From Abditibacterium sp. (GTDB lineage Bacteria; Armatimonadota; Abditibacteriia; Abditibacteriales; Abditibacteriaceae), in the NCBI GenBank assembly GCA_965199495.1, contig CBDASK010000003.1:4320001-4384000 (forward strand): a stretch of DNA of 64,000 nt, given 5' to 3'. Within the stretch, counting starts at the first letter, position 1, and each line of letters starts with the position of its first letter. Under the pieces are notes generated by a model that was not told the DNA's origin, did no database searches, and saw only the letters and a list, made by a program, of their open reading frames with translations. Shown one piece after another: positions 25,052 through 35,163 of the stretch. Both the position numbers and the translations under genes were made by a program.

Positions 25052-26149
25052 ATGCACCAATTTTCTTTTGTTATTCATCCGCTCGAATTGAAGCGCGATG
25101 CGGCACGCAAATATCCGATTCTCAAGTTTTTCCCCGAAAAAGTCGTCGAGCAAATCGCGTTGCGCATTAGCCCCAAGTTGATGTCGCAAATCACCGGCGT
25201 GCAATCCGCCACCGGCGAGCAGGCGCAGGGCTGGTTCGTGGGTTGCCCGCTTTCGGCCCGACAACTGGTGAGCTTGCCCGACGAAGTGATTTACGATCAT
25301 CTGGTCGCCGCCGGACATTTCAGCGCCAATCTGGGCGCGCGCGTGATGGGGCTGGGCGCCTTTACTTCAGTTGCGGGCGATGCGGGCATCACGGTCGCCA
25401 AACGTTTGGAAGGCACGATTAACGTGACTTCAGGCAACTCCTATACGGTTTTCACGGCGGTCGAGGGTTTGATTAAAGCGGCGGGTTTGATGGGCCATGA
25501 CATCGCCGATTGCAACGTCGCCATCGTCGGCGCGACCGGCGCGATTGGCGCGGTCTGCGCCAAAATGTTGGCGCCGCAGGTGCGCGAAATCACCTTGATT
25601 GGCCGCGACGAAACCAAATTGGAAACCGTGCGCGCCGATGTGCAAAAATGCGGTAGGGCAACCGTCGGAATTTCGACCGATATTCGCGCGGCCCTGCGCG
25701 AGGCCGATTTAATTTTGGCGGTTTCGGCGGCGGGCAAAGAGTTGGTTTTTCCCGAAGATTTAAAAATTGGCGCCGTGGTGTGCGACGTGGCTCGTCCGCG
25801 CGATGTCAGCAAATCGGTCGTCGAAAAACGCGATGACGTTTTGGTAATCGAAGGCGGCGTCATCGAAGTGCCGGGCGATGTGGATTTTCGCTTCACCTTC
25901 GGTTTCCCGCCGCGCACCGCCTTCGCGTGCATGAGCGAAACCATGATTCTGGCGCTCGAAGGCACCTACCAAAGTTACACGCTGGGTCGCGATTTAACGG
26001 TTGAACAGGTCACGCACATGGGCGAACTGGCGAAAAAACACGGTTTTAAGTTGGCCGGTTTTCGCGCCTTTGAAATCGCCGTCACCGACGAACAAATCAG
26101 CCGCACGCGTGAGGCCGCGCAGCGTAAACGCGGCAAGGGCATGGTATGA
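25052..26149 (+). CDS. NAD(P)-dependent oxidoreductase, COG5322 / acyl-ACP reductase-like
   Basis: FSFVIHP start, GLGAFTSV, TSGNSYT, Rossmann VGATGAIG, CDVARP, FACMSETMILALEG. Confidence 0.75.
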   Translation: MHQFSFVIHPLELKRDAARKYPILKFFPEKVVEQIALRISPKLMSQITGVQSATGEQAQGWFVGCPLSARQLVSLPDEVIYDHLVAAGHFSANLGARVMGLGAFTSVAGDAGITVAKRLEGTINVTSGNSYTVFTAVEGLIKAAGLMGHDIADCNVAIVGATGAIGAVCAKMLAPQVREITLIGRDETKLETVRADVQKCGRATVGISTDIRAALREADLILAVSAAGKELVFPEDLKIGAVVCDVARPRDVSKSVVEKRDDVLVIEGGVIEVPGDVDFRFTFGFPPRTAFACMSETMILALEGTYQSYTLGRDLTVEQVTHMGELAKKHGFKLAGFRAFEIAVTDEQISRTREAAQRKRGKGMV

Positions 26150-26308
26150 ATACACAAGAAGAAGAGCCGCACAAAAGAAAAATCAACACTTACGATTATA
26201 TGCGGATGGCCGCCAAATTTATCAACGCGGCCAAAGCGTTGTTCTGCTGGAATGCCCCGAAGTTTCGATAGAAGTCAACGCGATGCTATCGTAAATAATT
26301 CGCAATCA

Positions 26309-26346
26309 AAAAGGGCGCGCCGACGAAATCGTCGGCGCGCCCTTTT
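26309..26346. terminator. bidirectional rho-independent terminator
   Basis: AAAAGGGCGCGCCGACGA-AA-TCGTCGGCGCGCCCTTTT between convergent genes. Confidence 0.85.
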
Positions 26347-26361
26347 ATTACTTGGCGAAAT

Positions 26362-28005
26362 TTAGTTGTCTAACGAAATTGGAATCGCTTGACCGTCAGG
26401 CACGCGGCCCCAAATCGAAATCGTCAGGCGCCCGTTGCCTGACGCGGTGCGCACATAAACGGGAAAATTGTAATTGTTGCGGAACCGGAAATCTTTGCCG
26501 GGCCATGCAACCGTCGCATCGCGGCCCGGTGGCACATAAGTCACCGGCAACGAGTGCGAGGAGCGCTCGACAATTTTCAGAGGTTTACCCGCGCTCCGGC
26601 TGTTGACTTTGCGCACCGCGTTATAAAGCGTGCTCGAAACCTGACAGACGCCGCCCGCCAATCCGTCCACGACCTGCGATTCGGTCTGACCTTTCTCGCG
26701 CAAGAAAATATGCGCCATGCGATAACCCTTATCGAAAGTGCGCTCGCCAGTCAATCCATTGAACGATAGCGTTTCGCCCGGCATGAAAACTTGGCCATCA
26801 ATCGCGCGACAGGCGACCTTAATGTTGGTGGTACGTCCGGCAATGCCGCCATTATAATCGGTGCGATATTCGCCTAATTTCACATCGCGTCCGGCCAAGT
26901 CCAGCGCCGTGACTTTGGGCAACGTTTGCTGCGTCACCGCCGGGATTTTCGCCAAGCCCAGAAAATAGGCTTTCTGAATTTTGTCGGCGGTCGCCGTCAC
27001 ATCCAACTCGCGGCCCGTTGATTCGCCACGCACCATCGGCGTGGCTCCGCTCACCGTCACCAGACGCGCGTCAACGGCGGGTTGGGCATATTGTTTGTTG
27101 ACGATATTCAAACGCGAAGTTAAGGCGCCCCGATTCCACTCGATGGGCAACATGAACGAACGAGGCTTGACTTCCGAGCCGAAAACGCGCATGAAATTGC
27201 CCACCATGTTATCACCGCGCCCAATGGCAAATGCTTTGTCAATCGTCGGCTTAATCGAAGGTTTGCCGCCCACGTCAGCCAATCCCAACACGACGTTTTT
27301 ATCGTCGGTTTGCAGCGTAAACGCCAACTTACCAAAACGCTGATTCAAGCGTTTGGCGGCTTCGTCGCGCGTCAGACCGCCCACGTCTTCGCCCGCAATT
27401 GTCACCTTGGGCGCGATTCTGCCCTCGTTTTTCCAGTTGTTATAGACCCCAACGCCCGCACCAGCCACGCCGGTCACGGTCACAAGCGCCGCTAACCCAA
27501 CGAGGTAAAGCGGACGCGGGCGAAAAGACGAACGCTGCGCCACAACAACGGGCACGACCGGCGGTTTGGGCGTTGCAACTTTGGAAGGCGCGACTTTCGC
27601 GGGCGAGGTTTTGGAATTTGCCGCTTGAGCGTTGGCTTGAGGCGCGACGACTTTCGCTGCGATGACGTTGGAAGTTTCGGGGTTTTCTGCCAATGGATTG
27701 GAAGTTTTCGATTGAAACGCGACGGGAACTTCGATGGCGGGCGCGGCGGCTTTGGTTGCGGTCTCTTGCGGCGTGGCTGTTGTCGGAACGGAGGCGCTCT
27801 GATTCTCCCTCGATTTTGCCGACGCGACATCTGGCGGATTGACCGCCACTCTGGGACGGACTGTCGCGCCGGAAATATTCTTGTTTATCGCCTTTGATAG
27901 GGACGAAGAGGTGGAGCCGCGCCCATTTTTGGGAGCGGAGGGTTTGGGATTGGACGGAACAGCTTTGGAATCTTTCACAGCAATAGACCTTGAGTGTGAT
28001 GACAA
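26362..28005 (-). CDS. VanW-family protein with low-complexity N-terminus, TM anchor and PG-binding-4-like domain
   Basis: RTTNIKVAC, PGETLSFN, GGVCQVSSTLYNA, ERSSHSLPVTYVPPGRDATV. Confidence 0.88.
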   Translation of the reverse strand: MSSHSRSIAVKDSKAVPSNPKPSAPKNGRGSTSSSLSKAINKNISGATVRPRVAVNPPDVASAKSRENQSASVPTTATPQETATKAAAPAIEVPVAFQSKTSNPLAENPETSNVIAAKVVAPQANAQAANSKTSPAKVAPSKVATPKPPVVPVVVAQRSSFRPRPLYLVGLAALVTVTGVAGAGVGVYNNWKNEGRIAPKVTIAGEDVGGLTRDEAAKRLNQRFGKLAFTLQTDDKNVVLGLADVGGKPSIKPTIDKAFAIGRGDNMVGNFMRVFGSEVKPRSFMLPIEWNRGALTSRLNIVNKQYAQPAVDARLVTVSGATPMVRGESTGRELDVTATADKIQKAYFLGLAKIPAVTQQTLPKVTALDLAGRDVKLGEYRTDYNGGIAGRTTNIKVACRAIDGQVFMPGETLSFNGLTGERTFDKGYRMAHIFLREKGQTESQVVDGLAGGVCQVSSTLYNAVRKVNSRSAGKPLKIVERSSHSLPVTYVPPGRDATVAWPGKDFRFRNNYNFPVYVRTASGNGRLTISIWGRVPDGQAIPISLDN

Positions 28006-28095
28006 CGACGAGGAAACGGCGGGCCTGAGAAAATGCGGCCCGCGATGAAAGGTCGGGCCTTACGACGCCCATGAAAACAAGACGTTGCGCGCAGT

Positions 28096-28926
28096 CTAAT
28101 TGCAAACGGCCCGAATCGCCAACGCCCTTTTCAGTAACAGTTCCATTTCAGATAACGCGATCATATTTGGCCCATCCGACCACGCCGCGTCGGGATCGGG
28201 ATGTGTTTCCAAAAACAGGGCGTCAACGCCGACCGCGCACGCCGCGCGCACGAGGGCCGGAACTTGCGCGCGGTCGCCGCCGGTTTTGTCGCCCGCGCCG
28301 CCGGGCCGTTGCACCGCGTGCGTCGCGTCCAGACAAACCGGCGCAAACTTTCGCATCGTCTCGAAACTCCGATAATCCACGATGAGCGAATCGTAGCCAA
28401 ACGTCGTGCCACGCTCGGTTAATAGCACGTTCTGGCAACCCGCCGCGCGCACTTTATTGGCGGCGTGTTCCATGCCTTCGGGCCGCAGAAATTGGCCTTT
28501 TTTCACGTTGACCGCGCCGTTATGCTGCGCCGCCGCTTCGCCCGCCGCGATCAATAAATCGGTCTGGCGACACAAAAACGCCGGAATTTGCATTACATCC
28601 ACGACAGCAGCCACGGCGGCGGGCTGAGTGAAGTCGTGAACGTCGGTCGTCACCGGCACGCCGAACTCGTCTTTGATTTTCTGCAAAACTGCCAAACCTT
28701 CTTCGAGGCCCGGCCCACGTTTCGAGTGGCCCGATGTGCGATTGGCTTTGTCAAACGAGGCTTTGAACACGTAATTGATGCCCAAGCGCGCGCAAATCTC
28801 GCACATCGTCTCGGCGACAGTGCGGCACAAATCGAGGCTTTCGATGACGCACGGGCCGGATAAAAGCAAAAGCGGCGAATCGTCGCCGACAGAATAATTT
28901 TTGATTTGAATTTGCATAATATTCAC
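28096..28926 (-). CDS. kdsA: KDO 8-phosphate synthase
   Basis: GPCVIES, KASFDKANRTS, QIPAFLCRQTDL, NVKKGQF, DATHAVQ, ETHPDP. Confidence 0.96.
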   Translation of the reverse strand: MNIMQIQIKNYSVGDDSPLLLLSGPCVIESLDLCRTVAETMCEICARLGINYVFKASFDKANRTSGHSKRGPGLEEGLAVLQKIKDEFGVPVTTDVHDFTQPAAVAAVVDVMQIPAFLCRQTDLLIAAGEAAAQHNGAVNVKKGQFLRPEGMEHAANKVRAAGCQNVLLTERGTTFGYDSLIVDYRSFETMRKFAPVCLDATHAVQRPGGAGDKTGGDRAQVPALVRAACAVGVDALFLETHPDPDAAWSDGPNMIALSEMELLLKRALAIRAVCN

Positions 28927-29627
28927 GCGCCCAAATACGCGGCTTTGATGCGCGGGTCGCGCGCCAGGGTTTTGGCGTCGCCTTCGAGCGTGATATGTCC
29001 GGTTTCCAGAACATAGGCGCGGTCGGCGATTTGGAGCGCCAAATGCGCGTTTTGCTCGACCAGCAAAACTGTCACGCCCTGCTCGCGAATGCGCGTGACC
29101 ACGTTGAAAATTTCTTTGACCAACAAAGGCGCCAAACCCAGACTCGGCTCATCTAATAACAATAGTTGCGGGCGGCTCATCAGCGCGCGTCCGACGGCCA
29201 ACATTTGCTGCTCGCCGCCCGACATCGTGCCCGCCGCCTGCTTACGCCGCTCGGCCAGACGCGGAAACAGTTGATAAATCTCGTCCAATTCTTTGGGGAG
29301 TGTGCCTCGATCTTTGCGCGCATAGGCGCCTAAATCGAGATTTTCGGCGACGGTCATGGTGCCAAAAATGCGACGACCTTCGGGGACTTGCACGAGGCCA
29401 AACGGCACGCGTTCGTGCGGCGGCATGGAAAACAAATCGCGGTCGCGAAAGCTGACGGTGCCGCCCGATGGCTTGATCAAACCCGACAGAGCGCCCAGCG
29501 TTGTGGTTTTGCCAGCGCCGTTAGAGCCGATTAGCGTGACGATTTCACCGGGTTTGACAGTGAGAGAAATTTCGTGAAGCGCCTGAATCACGCCATATTT
29601 GACGCTGAGATTTTGGATTGTAAGCAT
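28923..29627 (-). CDS. livF: ABC ATP-binding protein, LivF type
   Basis: GSNGAGKTT, VPEGRRIF, MSGGEQQMLAVGRAL, LLLDEPSLGLAP, LLVEQN. Confidence 0.9.
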   Translation of the reverse strand: MLTIQNLSVKYGVIQALHEISLTVKPGEIVTLIGSNGAGKTTTLGALSGLIKPSGGTVSFRDRDLFSMPPHERVPFGLVQVPEGRRIFGTMTVAENLDLGAYARKDRGTLPKELDEIYQLFPRLAERRKQAAGTMSGGEQQMLAVGRALMSRPQLLLLDEPSLGLAPLLVKEIFNVVTRIREQGVTVLLVEQNAHLALQIADRAYVLETGHITLEGDAKTLARDPRIKAAYLGA

Positions 29628-29663
29628 GGGAAAAGGATAAAGGATTCGACATTCTACTGCGAT

Positions 29664-30152
29664 TCAAAATCCGAATTTGGCGCGCAATTCCGCTTCGACG
29701 CACGACGGAACCGAGCCGGGAATGATTTGCGCGCCCAACTCCGCCGCCTGACGCACGACGGAACTGCTCAAATACAAATGGCGATGCGACGGCATCAAAA
29801 ACACGGTTTTGATATTCTCGTCCAACTGTTCGTTGGCCAGCACCAAAGCCATTTCATGCTCGAAATCGGTGACGGCGCGCAGACCGCGCGCGATAAAACT
29901 CGCGCCGACCGAACGCGCGAAATCAACAGTTAATCCGGTAAACGAAGCCGCCTCAACGTTATGCCAACCGCCTTCCGCTATGGCGCCGCGCAGCATTTCG
30001 ACGCGTTCTTCGGGCGTAAAGAGCGCGACCTTACGCGGGTTGACGCCAACGCCCACAACGACGCGGTCGAACAGCAACGCCGCCTCGCTCAAAACGTCCA
30101 TGTGCCCACGCGTAATCGGGTCGAAGGTGCCGGGGTAAATCGCGGTTTTCAT
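29664..30152 (-). CDS. coaD: pantetheine-phosphate adenylyltransferase
   Basis: MKTAIYPGTFDPITRGH, RGLRAVTDFEHE, LSSSVVR. Confidence 0.96.
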   Translation of the reverse strand: MKTAIYPGTFDPITRGHMDVLSEAALLFDRVVVGVGVNPRKVALFTPEERVEMLRGAIAEGGWHNVEAASFTGLTVDFARSVGASFIARGLRAVTDFEHEMALVLANEQLDENIKTVFLMPSHRHLYLSSSVVRQAAELGAQIIPGSVPSCVEAELRAKFGF

Positions 30153-30243
30153 CGGCGGCGCAGTATAAATCAGATTGCGGATTGCGAGAACGGCCAGCAA
30201 ATTACGGCGAGAATATGGCCTTTAATCGCGATACAATCGGAGC

Positions 30244-30357
30244 GGTTTTTAGCCGCGAAAAGGCACAAAAGAAACAAAAGTTGGGAAGCATGGGCGAATA
30301 GTTCGGCGACTTCTTCAAAATTTTTGTTTCTTTTGCGCCTTTTCGCGGCTAAAAACC
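30244..30357. repeat. intergenic inverted repeat (MITE/REP-like)
   Basis: GGTTTTTAGCCGCGAAAAGGCACAAAAGAAACAAAA ... TTTTGTTTCTTTTGCGCCTTTTCGCGGCTAAAAACC (1 mismatch). Confidence 0.85.
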
Positions 30358-30377
30358 AAGCAACACTCCGAAAACCT

Positions 30378-31868
30378 ATGAAAATTTATGATGTCGCTGT
30401 CATCGGCGCGGGCGTGGCTGGTCTGACGGCTGCCGCCCTATTCGTCCGCGAGGGCGCCGATGTCGTTTTGCTGGAACAGCACGACAAACCCGGCGGTTGC
30501 GCCGGATATTTTGGTGTTCCCTCGAAATGGGGCGATTTCCAGTTTCCCGTTGGCGCAACGGTCGCGCTGGGCTTGGAAAACGGCGGTTTGCATCGCGAGA
30601 TTTTCGATTTATTGGGCACCGATTGTCCATCAACGCCGATTGACCGGCTGAGCGTTTTTCTGCCAGATCACCGCGTCGAACTGTGGCACGACGCGCAAAA
30701 GTGGAAGCATCAGCGCGCGCAGTTGCCCGGTAATCGGCGCGAGCAGGAACTGTTTTGGCGTTTGCAAGAGTTTGTCGCCGACGCCGGTTGGTTCGCTCTT
30801 TCGCGCAAACCGGCGTTGCCATTGCAAAAGCCAGTTGACATTTGGCGCGACTTAAATTTGGCGAATCCACGCCTCATTCCGATGATTGCCGCGTTGCCGT
30901 TTTCAGTCGGCGAAATCATGAAATGGCTGCGCGTTGATCGCGACCGCGCCTTTAGCGCGCTCATCAATTTGCAGTTGCTTATTACCACGCAATCGCTGTC
31001 GCACCAAGCACCGCTTTCCAACGGCATGGCCGGCTTAGATTTATGGCGACACGGCGGTTTTCACCCGCGAGGCGGCATCGGTGCGATTAGCCAAACTTTG
31101 CTCGACGCGTTTTGCAAACATAGCGGCGAAACGCGTTTCAACACGCGCGTTATTAAGGTCGAGCGCGTAGATGGAATTTGGCATATCGAAACCGACAAAG
31201 GTTTAGTTTGTGCGCGAAAAGTTATCGCCAACGTGCCGTTGCCCAATTTACCCAAACTCGCGCCTCAAATTTCATCTGCGCGCGTCCATAAGTTGATTCG
31301 GCGCGCGGGCGCAGGTTGGGGCGCCGTCACGCTTTACATCGCGCTCCGCGACGAAATCGTGCCCGACGATTTGCCGTTGCACTCGCAAGTCCTGACGCGC
31401 TATGCAGCCACGCCGCCTTACATTCGGGCGGGCGCGGGCGACGACGTGTTTCTGTCGCTCTCGCCGCGCGGCGACGAATCGAGCGCGCCCATTGGTTGGC
31501 GCACGCTCAACGTTTCGACGCACGTTCGATTAAGCGATTGGCGTAATTTATCCAACGACGAATATCGCGCGCATAAGAAATCGTGGCGCGATAGATTGCT
31601 CAACGGCGTCCGCGTGGCCCTGCCCGATTTCGACGCGGGCAAAGGCTTCGTCATCACCGGCACGCCTTCGACGTGGGAAAATTACACCTTGCGCCAAAAC
31701 GGCAGCGTCGGCGGCGCGCCATTATCACGGCGCAACGCCAATTTGCGAGCGTTGCCGTCGCGCATCGGCTTGCCCGATTTTCGGTTGATTGGCGACAGCA
31801 CCTTTCCCGGTCAAGGCACCGTCGCGTGCGCGTTGTCGGGTTATAACGCGTGGCGCGATTTGCGATAA
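30378..31868 (+). CDS. FAD-dependent carotenoid desaturase, CrtD-like
   Basis: VIGAGVAGL, PGGCAGYF, GATVALGLENGGLH (resembles cyanobacterial CrtD), GDSTFPGQGT. Confidence 0.75.
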   Translation: MKIYDVAVIGAGVAGLTAAALFVREGADVVLLEQHDKPGGCAGYFGVPSKWGDFQFPVGATVALGLENGGLHREIFDLLGTDCPSTPIDRLSVFLPDHRVELWHDAQKWKHQRAQLPGNRREQELFWRLQEFVADAGWFALSRKPALPLQKPVDIWRDLNLANPRLIPMIAALPFSVGEIMKWLRVDRDRAFSALINLQLLITTQSLSHQAPLSNGMAGLDLWRHGGFHPRGGIGAISQTLLDAFCKHSGETRFNTRVIKVERVDGIWHIETDKGLVCARKVIANVPLPNLPKLAPQISSARVHKLIRRAGAGWGAVTLYIALRDEIVPDDLPLHSQVLTRYAATPPYIRAGAGDDVFLSLSPRGDESSAPIGWRTLNVSTHVRLSDWRNLSNDEYRAHKKSWRDRLLNGVRVALPDFDAGKGFVITGTPSTWENYTLRQNGSVGGAPLSRRNANLRALPSRIGLPDFRLIGDSTFPGQGTVACALSGYNAWRDLR

Positions 31869-31960
31869 ATGCCTCCAACCAACTTCATTAAAGTGAAGAT
31901 TTTTCTCGAAATAAAACGAACGCGATGTTTGATTGTCCAATAATTTGGGTATAATTTAAG

Positions 31961-31970
31961 ATACCGGTAT
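31961..31970. promoter_or_regulatory. putative LacI-type operator ATACCGGTAT
   Basis: Palindrome in the AT-rich region upstream of GH92; shares core TACCGGTA with 36283..36304. Confidence 0.4.
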
Positions 31971-32167
31971 TATATAAGCGATTGATTTGAGGGGTTTGCT
32001 GACGTTTCTCGGATAAGACGTTTTCGTTACGCCAAAAACCGCGCGACCCGCACCATAGAACGTCTTATTAATCTCGCGATCCGATATAGATAATACCTTT
32101 GCAATTCGTCGCAGGGGCGGCGTGGCTGCTGCGTTTGTCCCAGCTTTACGCTGCCATTTCTTTCACA

Positions 32168-35011
32168 ATGTCGCAACTCAAATTCTCCCCAACTCCCGCC
32201 TTTCTTCTCGTCGCATCCAGCCTTTTGGTTCCGCTCGTGCAACCCGGCTGTGTGCAGGCTCAACCCAGCGCGATGCGCCAATCCCCGGCGCCCGTCATTC
32301 CCGCCGTAGTTGCGGCGGCCAATCCGTTCGTCGGCACCGCCGAACACGGCCACACTTATCCCGGTGCGACGATGCCGTTTGGCATGGTGCAGCTTTCGCC
32401 CGATACACCTTTGCAGGGCTGGGACGGCAGTTCGGGCTACCACTATTCCGATTCGGTGATTCAGGGCTTTAGCCATTCGCACCTGTCGGGCACGGGCGTC
32501 GGCGGTTTGGGCGACGTTTTGCTGATGCCCACAGTTGGCGAGGTGCAACTTTCGCCGGGCGATCCGGGCAAAGCGGCGGGTTATGCGTCGCGCTTTTCGC
32601 ACGCCAACGAATCAGCCACGCCGGGCTACTATAAAGTTTTTCTGGACGATCCCAAAGTCACCGCCGAACTGACGGCGACCGAGCGTTGCGGATTGCACAA
32701 ATATACCTTCCCGGCCTCGAATAACGCGCACATCGTGCTGGATTTGCAGCACGGCGTCGGCAACAACGTCGCCGCATCGGGTTTGACAATCGAGAATAAC
32801 ACGACAATTAGCGGCTATCGTAGCTCCGATGGCTGGGGCGGGCGGCGCGATGCTTATTTCGTGATGGAGTTTTCCAAGCCGTTCGCGTCTTATGGAGTCG
32901 AGAAAGACGGCGCCCGCGAAACCGGCACGCCGACGAACGTGGATGGCAAAGCCGTCAAAGCGTTCGTCAACTACAACACGACGGCGGGCGAAACGATTTT
33001 GGTGCGCGTCGGCATTTCGGGCACCAGCATCGAAGGCGCGCGCCGCAATTTGAATGTCGAAATTCCCAATTTCGATTTCAATGCGGTTCACACCAAAGCC
33101 GTGAACGCGTGGAACGATCAGTTGGGCGCGATTCAAGTCGAAAGCAAAGACCCCAAGGTCGTGCGCACCTTTTACTCGAATTTGTATCAGTCGTATCTCG
33201 GCCCGGTTCTGTTCAACGATGTGGACGGAATGTATCGCGGGCCGGATAAAAAGAATCATCCGGGCACGGCATTCCAGAATTACACCACGTTTTCGCTGTG
33301 GGACACTTTCCGCGCTCAGGCGCCGCTTTTGACGCTGACCGAGCCGAGTCGCATCGCGGATATGATGAACTCGTTGCTGATGTTCGAGGCGCAGCGCGGC
33401 CAAAACGAGATGCCGGTCTGGACGCTGTGGGGCAACGAAACCGGGACGATGATCGGCTACAACTCAGCGCCGGTTGTCGCTGACGCTTACCTGAAAGGCT
33501 TTACGGGATTCAACGCCGAAGCGGCTTATCAGGCGCTCAAGCGCACGGCTTTGAACGGGCGCAACGGTCAAGACGAATTCAACAAAATGGGCTACGTGAT
33601 TTCGGGCGGAAAAAACAATCAGGCGGTCGCGCGCACGCTCGAATTCGCCTATGACGATTGGTGCATCGCGCAAATGGCGCAAAAGTTGGGGCATACCGAA
33701 GACGCCAAGATGTTCATGGAGCGGGCGGCCAATTTCGTCAAGGTTTACGACAGCACGAGCGGTTTCATGCGCGGGCGCACGGCCAGTGGCGATTGGCGCC
33801 GCCCGTTCAATCCCGATCAACTCGCGTGGGCCGATTATACCGAAGCCAACGCGTGGCACTATACCTGGGCCGTGATGCAAGACCCGCAGAAGTTGGTCAA
33901 GTTGATGGGCGGCGACGCGGCGTTCGTCAACAAAATGGACGAGATGTTCACGACCGAATCGAAGGGTTTATTCGGCATTCCCGACATCACCGGTTTGATC
34001 GGAGAATATGCGCAGGGCAACGAGCCGATACATCACGCGGCCTACCTGTATAACTATGCGGGCGCGCCCTACAAAACGCAGATGCGCGTGCGCGACATCA
34101 TGAAGCAACTTTATAACGACACGCCCGCTGGCGCGCCCGGCAACAATGATGTCGGCCAGATGTCGGCGTGGTATGTGTTTAGCGCCCTCGGTTTTTATCC
34201 GGTCAACCCGGCGCAGGGCACCTACGCCATCGGCAGCCCGCTCGTGGATAAAGCGACGATTCACCTCGACAAAAACTATTACGGCGGGCGCACCTTCACC
34301 ATGACGGCGCAGAATAACTCGCCGCAAAACGTTTATATTCAGTCGGCGACGCTCAACGGCAAGGCGCTGAATAATAGTTACATCACGCACAACCAGATTC
34401 TGGCGGGCGGCACCTTGAACTTCGTGATGGGGCCGAAACCAAATATGAACTGGGGCCGCGCCGATGCGAATCGTCCGCCTGCGGGTATGCCGGTTGGCTT
34501 TAATTATCCAGCCACGCCAGACCCGGCCAAGAAAATCGTGCAAAACTGGACGTTGCCGATTCGCGTTGTCGCGGGCAGCTACGACGATATCGACGGTTTC
34601 AAGGCCGATTTCACCAACGAAAACGGCGCGGTCAACGGCAACGGCGAGACGATTGATGTGAGCGCGCCGGGCGCTGCGCCGATGGCGATTTATCAGACCG
34701 AGCGTTACGGCAACGATGTCTCTTACGCGTATCCGGTTCCCAAGGGCGGCACTTACACGGTCAAGTTGCACTTCGCCGAAATCTTCGGCGCCGTGCCGGG
34801 CGAGCGCGTCGAGAACATTTCGATCAACGGCAAACCGGTTTTGACGAACTTCAGCGTCGCCGCCGAAGCCGGTCAGAATAAAGCCTTGGTGAAAACGTTC
34901 ACCGGCATCACGCCCGACGACAAGGGCAATATCACGGTTCGCGTGCAGGCGGCACGCGATAGCAAAGATCAAAACGCCAAAATCAGCGCGATTGAGATTA
35001 TGAAATCGTAA
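32168..35011 (+). CDS. secreted GH92 alpha-mannosidase with C-terminal malectin domain
   Basis: NPFVGT, PGATMPFGMVQLSPD, FSLWDTFR, YTEANAWHY, GNEP, GNNDVGQMSAW; C-terminal IYQTERYG..LHFAE. Confidence 0.93.
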   Translation: MSQLKFSPTPAFLLVASSLLVPLVQPGCVQAQPSAMRQSPAPVIPAVVAAANPFVGTAEHGHTYPGATMPFGMVQLSPDTPLQGWDGSSGYHYSDSVIQGFSHSHLSGTGVGGLGDVLLMPTVGEVQLSPGDPGKAAGYASRFSHANESATPGYYKVFLDDPKVTAELTATERCGLHKYTFPASNNAHIVLDLQHGVGNNVAASGLTIENNTTISGYRSSDGWGGRRDAYFVMEFSKPFASYGVEKDGARETGTPTNVDGKAVKAFVNYNTTAGETILVRVGISGTSIEGARRNLNVEIPNFDFNAVHTKAVNAWNDQLGAIQVESKDPKVVRTFYSNLYQSYLGPVLFNDVDGMYRGPDKKNHPGTAFQNYTTFSLWDTFRAQAPLLTLTEPSRIADMMNSLLMFEAQRGQNEMPVWTLWGNETGTMIGYNSAPVVADAYLKGFTGFNAEAAYQALKRTALNGRNGQDEFNKMGYVISGGKNNQAVARTLEFAYDDWCIAQMAQKLGHTEDAKMFMERAANFVKVYDSTSGFMRGRTASGDWRRPFNPDQLAWADYTEANAWHYTWAVMQDPQKLVKLMGGDAAFVNKMDEMFTTESKGLFGIPDITGLIGEYAQGNEPIHHAAYLYNYAGAPYKTQMRVRDIMKQLYNDTPAGAPGNNDVGQMSAWYVFSALGFYPVNPAQGTYAIGSPLVDKATIHLDKNYYGGRTFTMTAQNNSPQNVYIQSATLNGKALNNSYITHNQILAGGTLNFVMGPKPNMNWGRADANRPPAGMPVGFNYPATPDPAKKIVQNWTLPIRVVAGSYDDIDGFKADFTNENGAVNGNGETIDVSAPGAAPMAIYQTERYGNDVSYAYPVPKGGTYTVKLHFAEIFGAVPGERVENISINGKPVLTNFSVAAEAGQNKALVKTFTGITPDDKGNITVRVQAARDSKDQNAKISAIEIMKS

Positions 35012-35034
35012 TGTTTCAACGCGTTTGATGTTTC

Positions 35035-35072
35035 AAATAAAGTTCGGCGATTTATTTCGCCGAACTTTATTT
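35035..35072 (+). terminator. terminator hairpin after GH92
   Basis: AAATAAAGTTCGGCGA-TTTATT-TCGCCGAACTTTATTT followed by a T run. Confidence 0.7.
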
Positions 35073-35163
35073 TTGAGATTACCGTTTGCGCCAACAAATC
35101 TGGTTTTTGAAATTCTTTAATTCGCTTTATTTGATGAGCTAAACTGGCTGCGGACAAACTGTT

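Noticed and set aside
26146..26271. 41-codon ORF overlapping the reductase stop
   Set aside because: Short, with no recognisable motif; cannot be supported.
26362..28005. VanW as a vancomycin-resistance locus
   Set aside because: No vanHAX/RS; VanW-domain proteins are common cell-envelope proteins.
28923..29627. ABC ATPase next to kdsA as LptB
   Set aside because: Motifs (VPEGRRIF, GEQQMLA, DEPSLGLAP) are LivF-type; an orphan livF is unremarkable.
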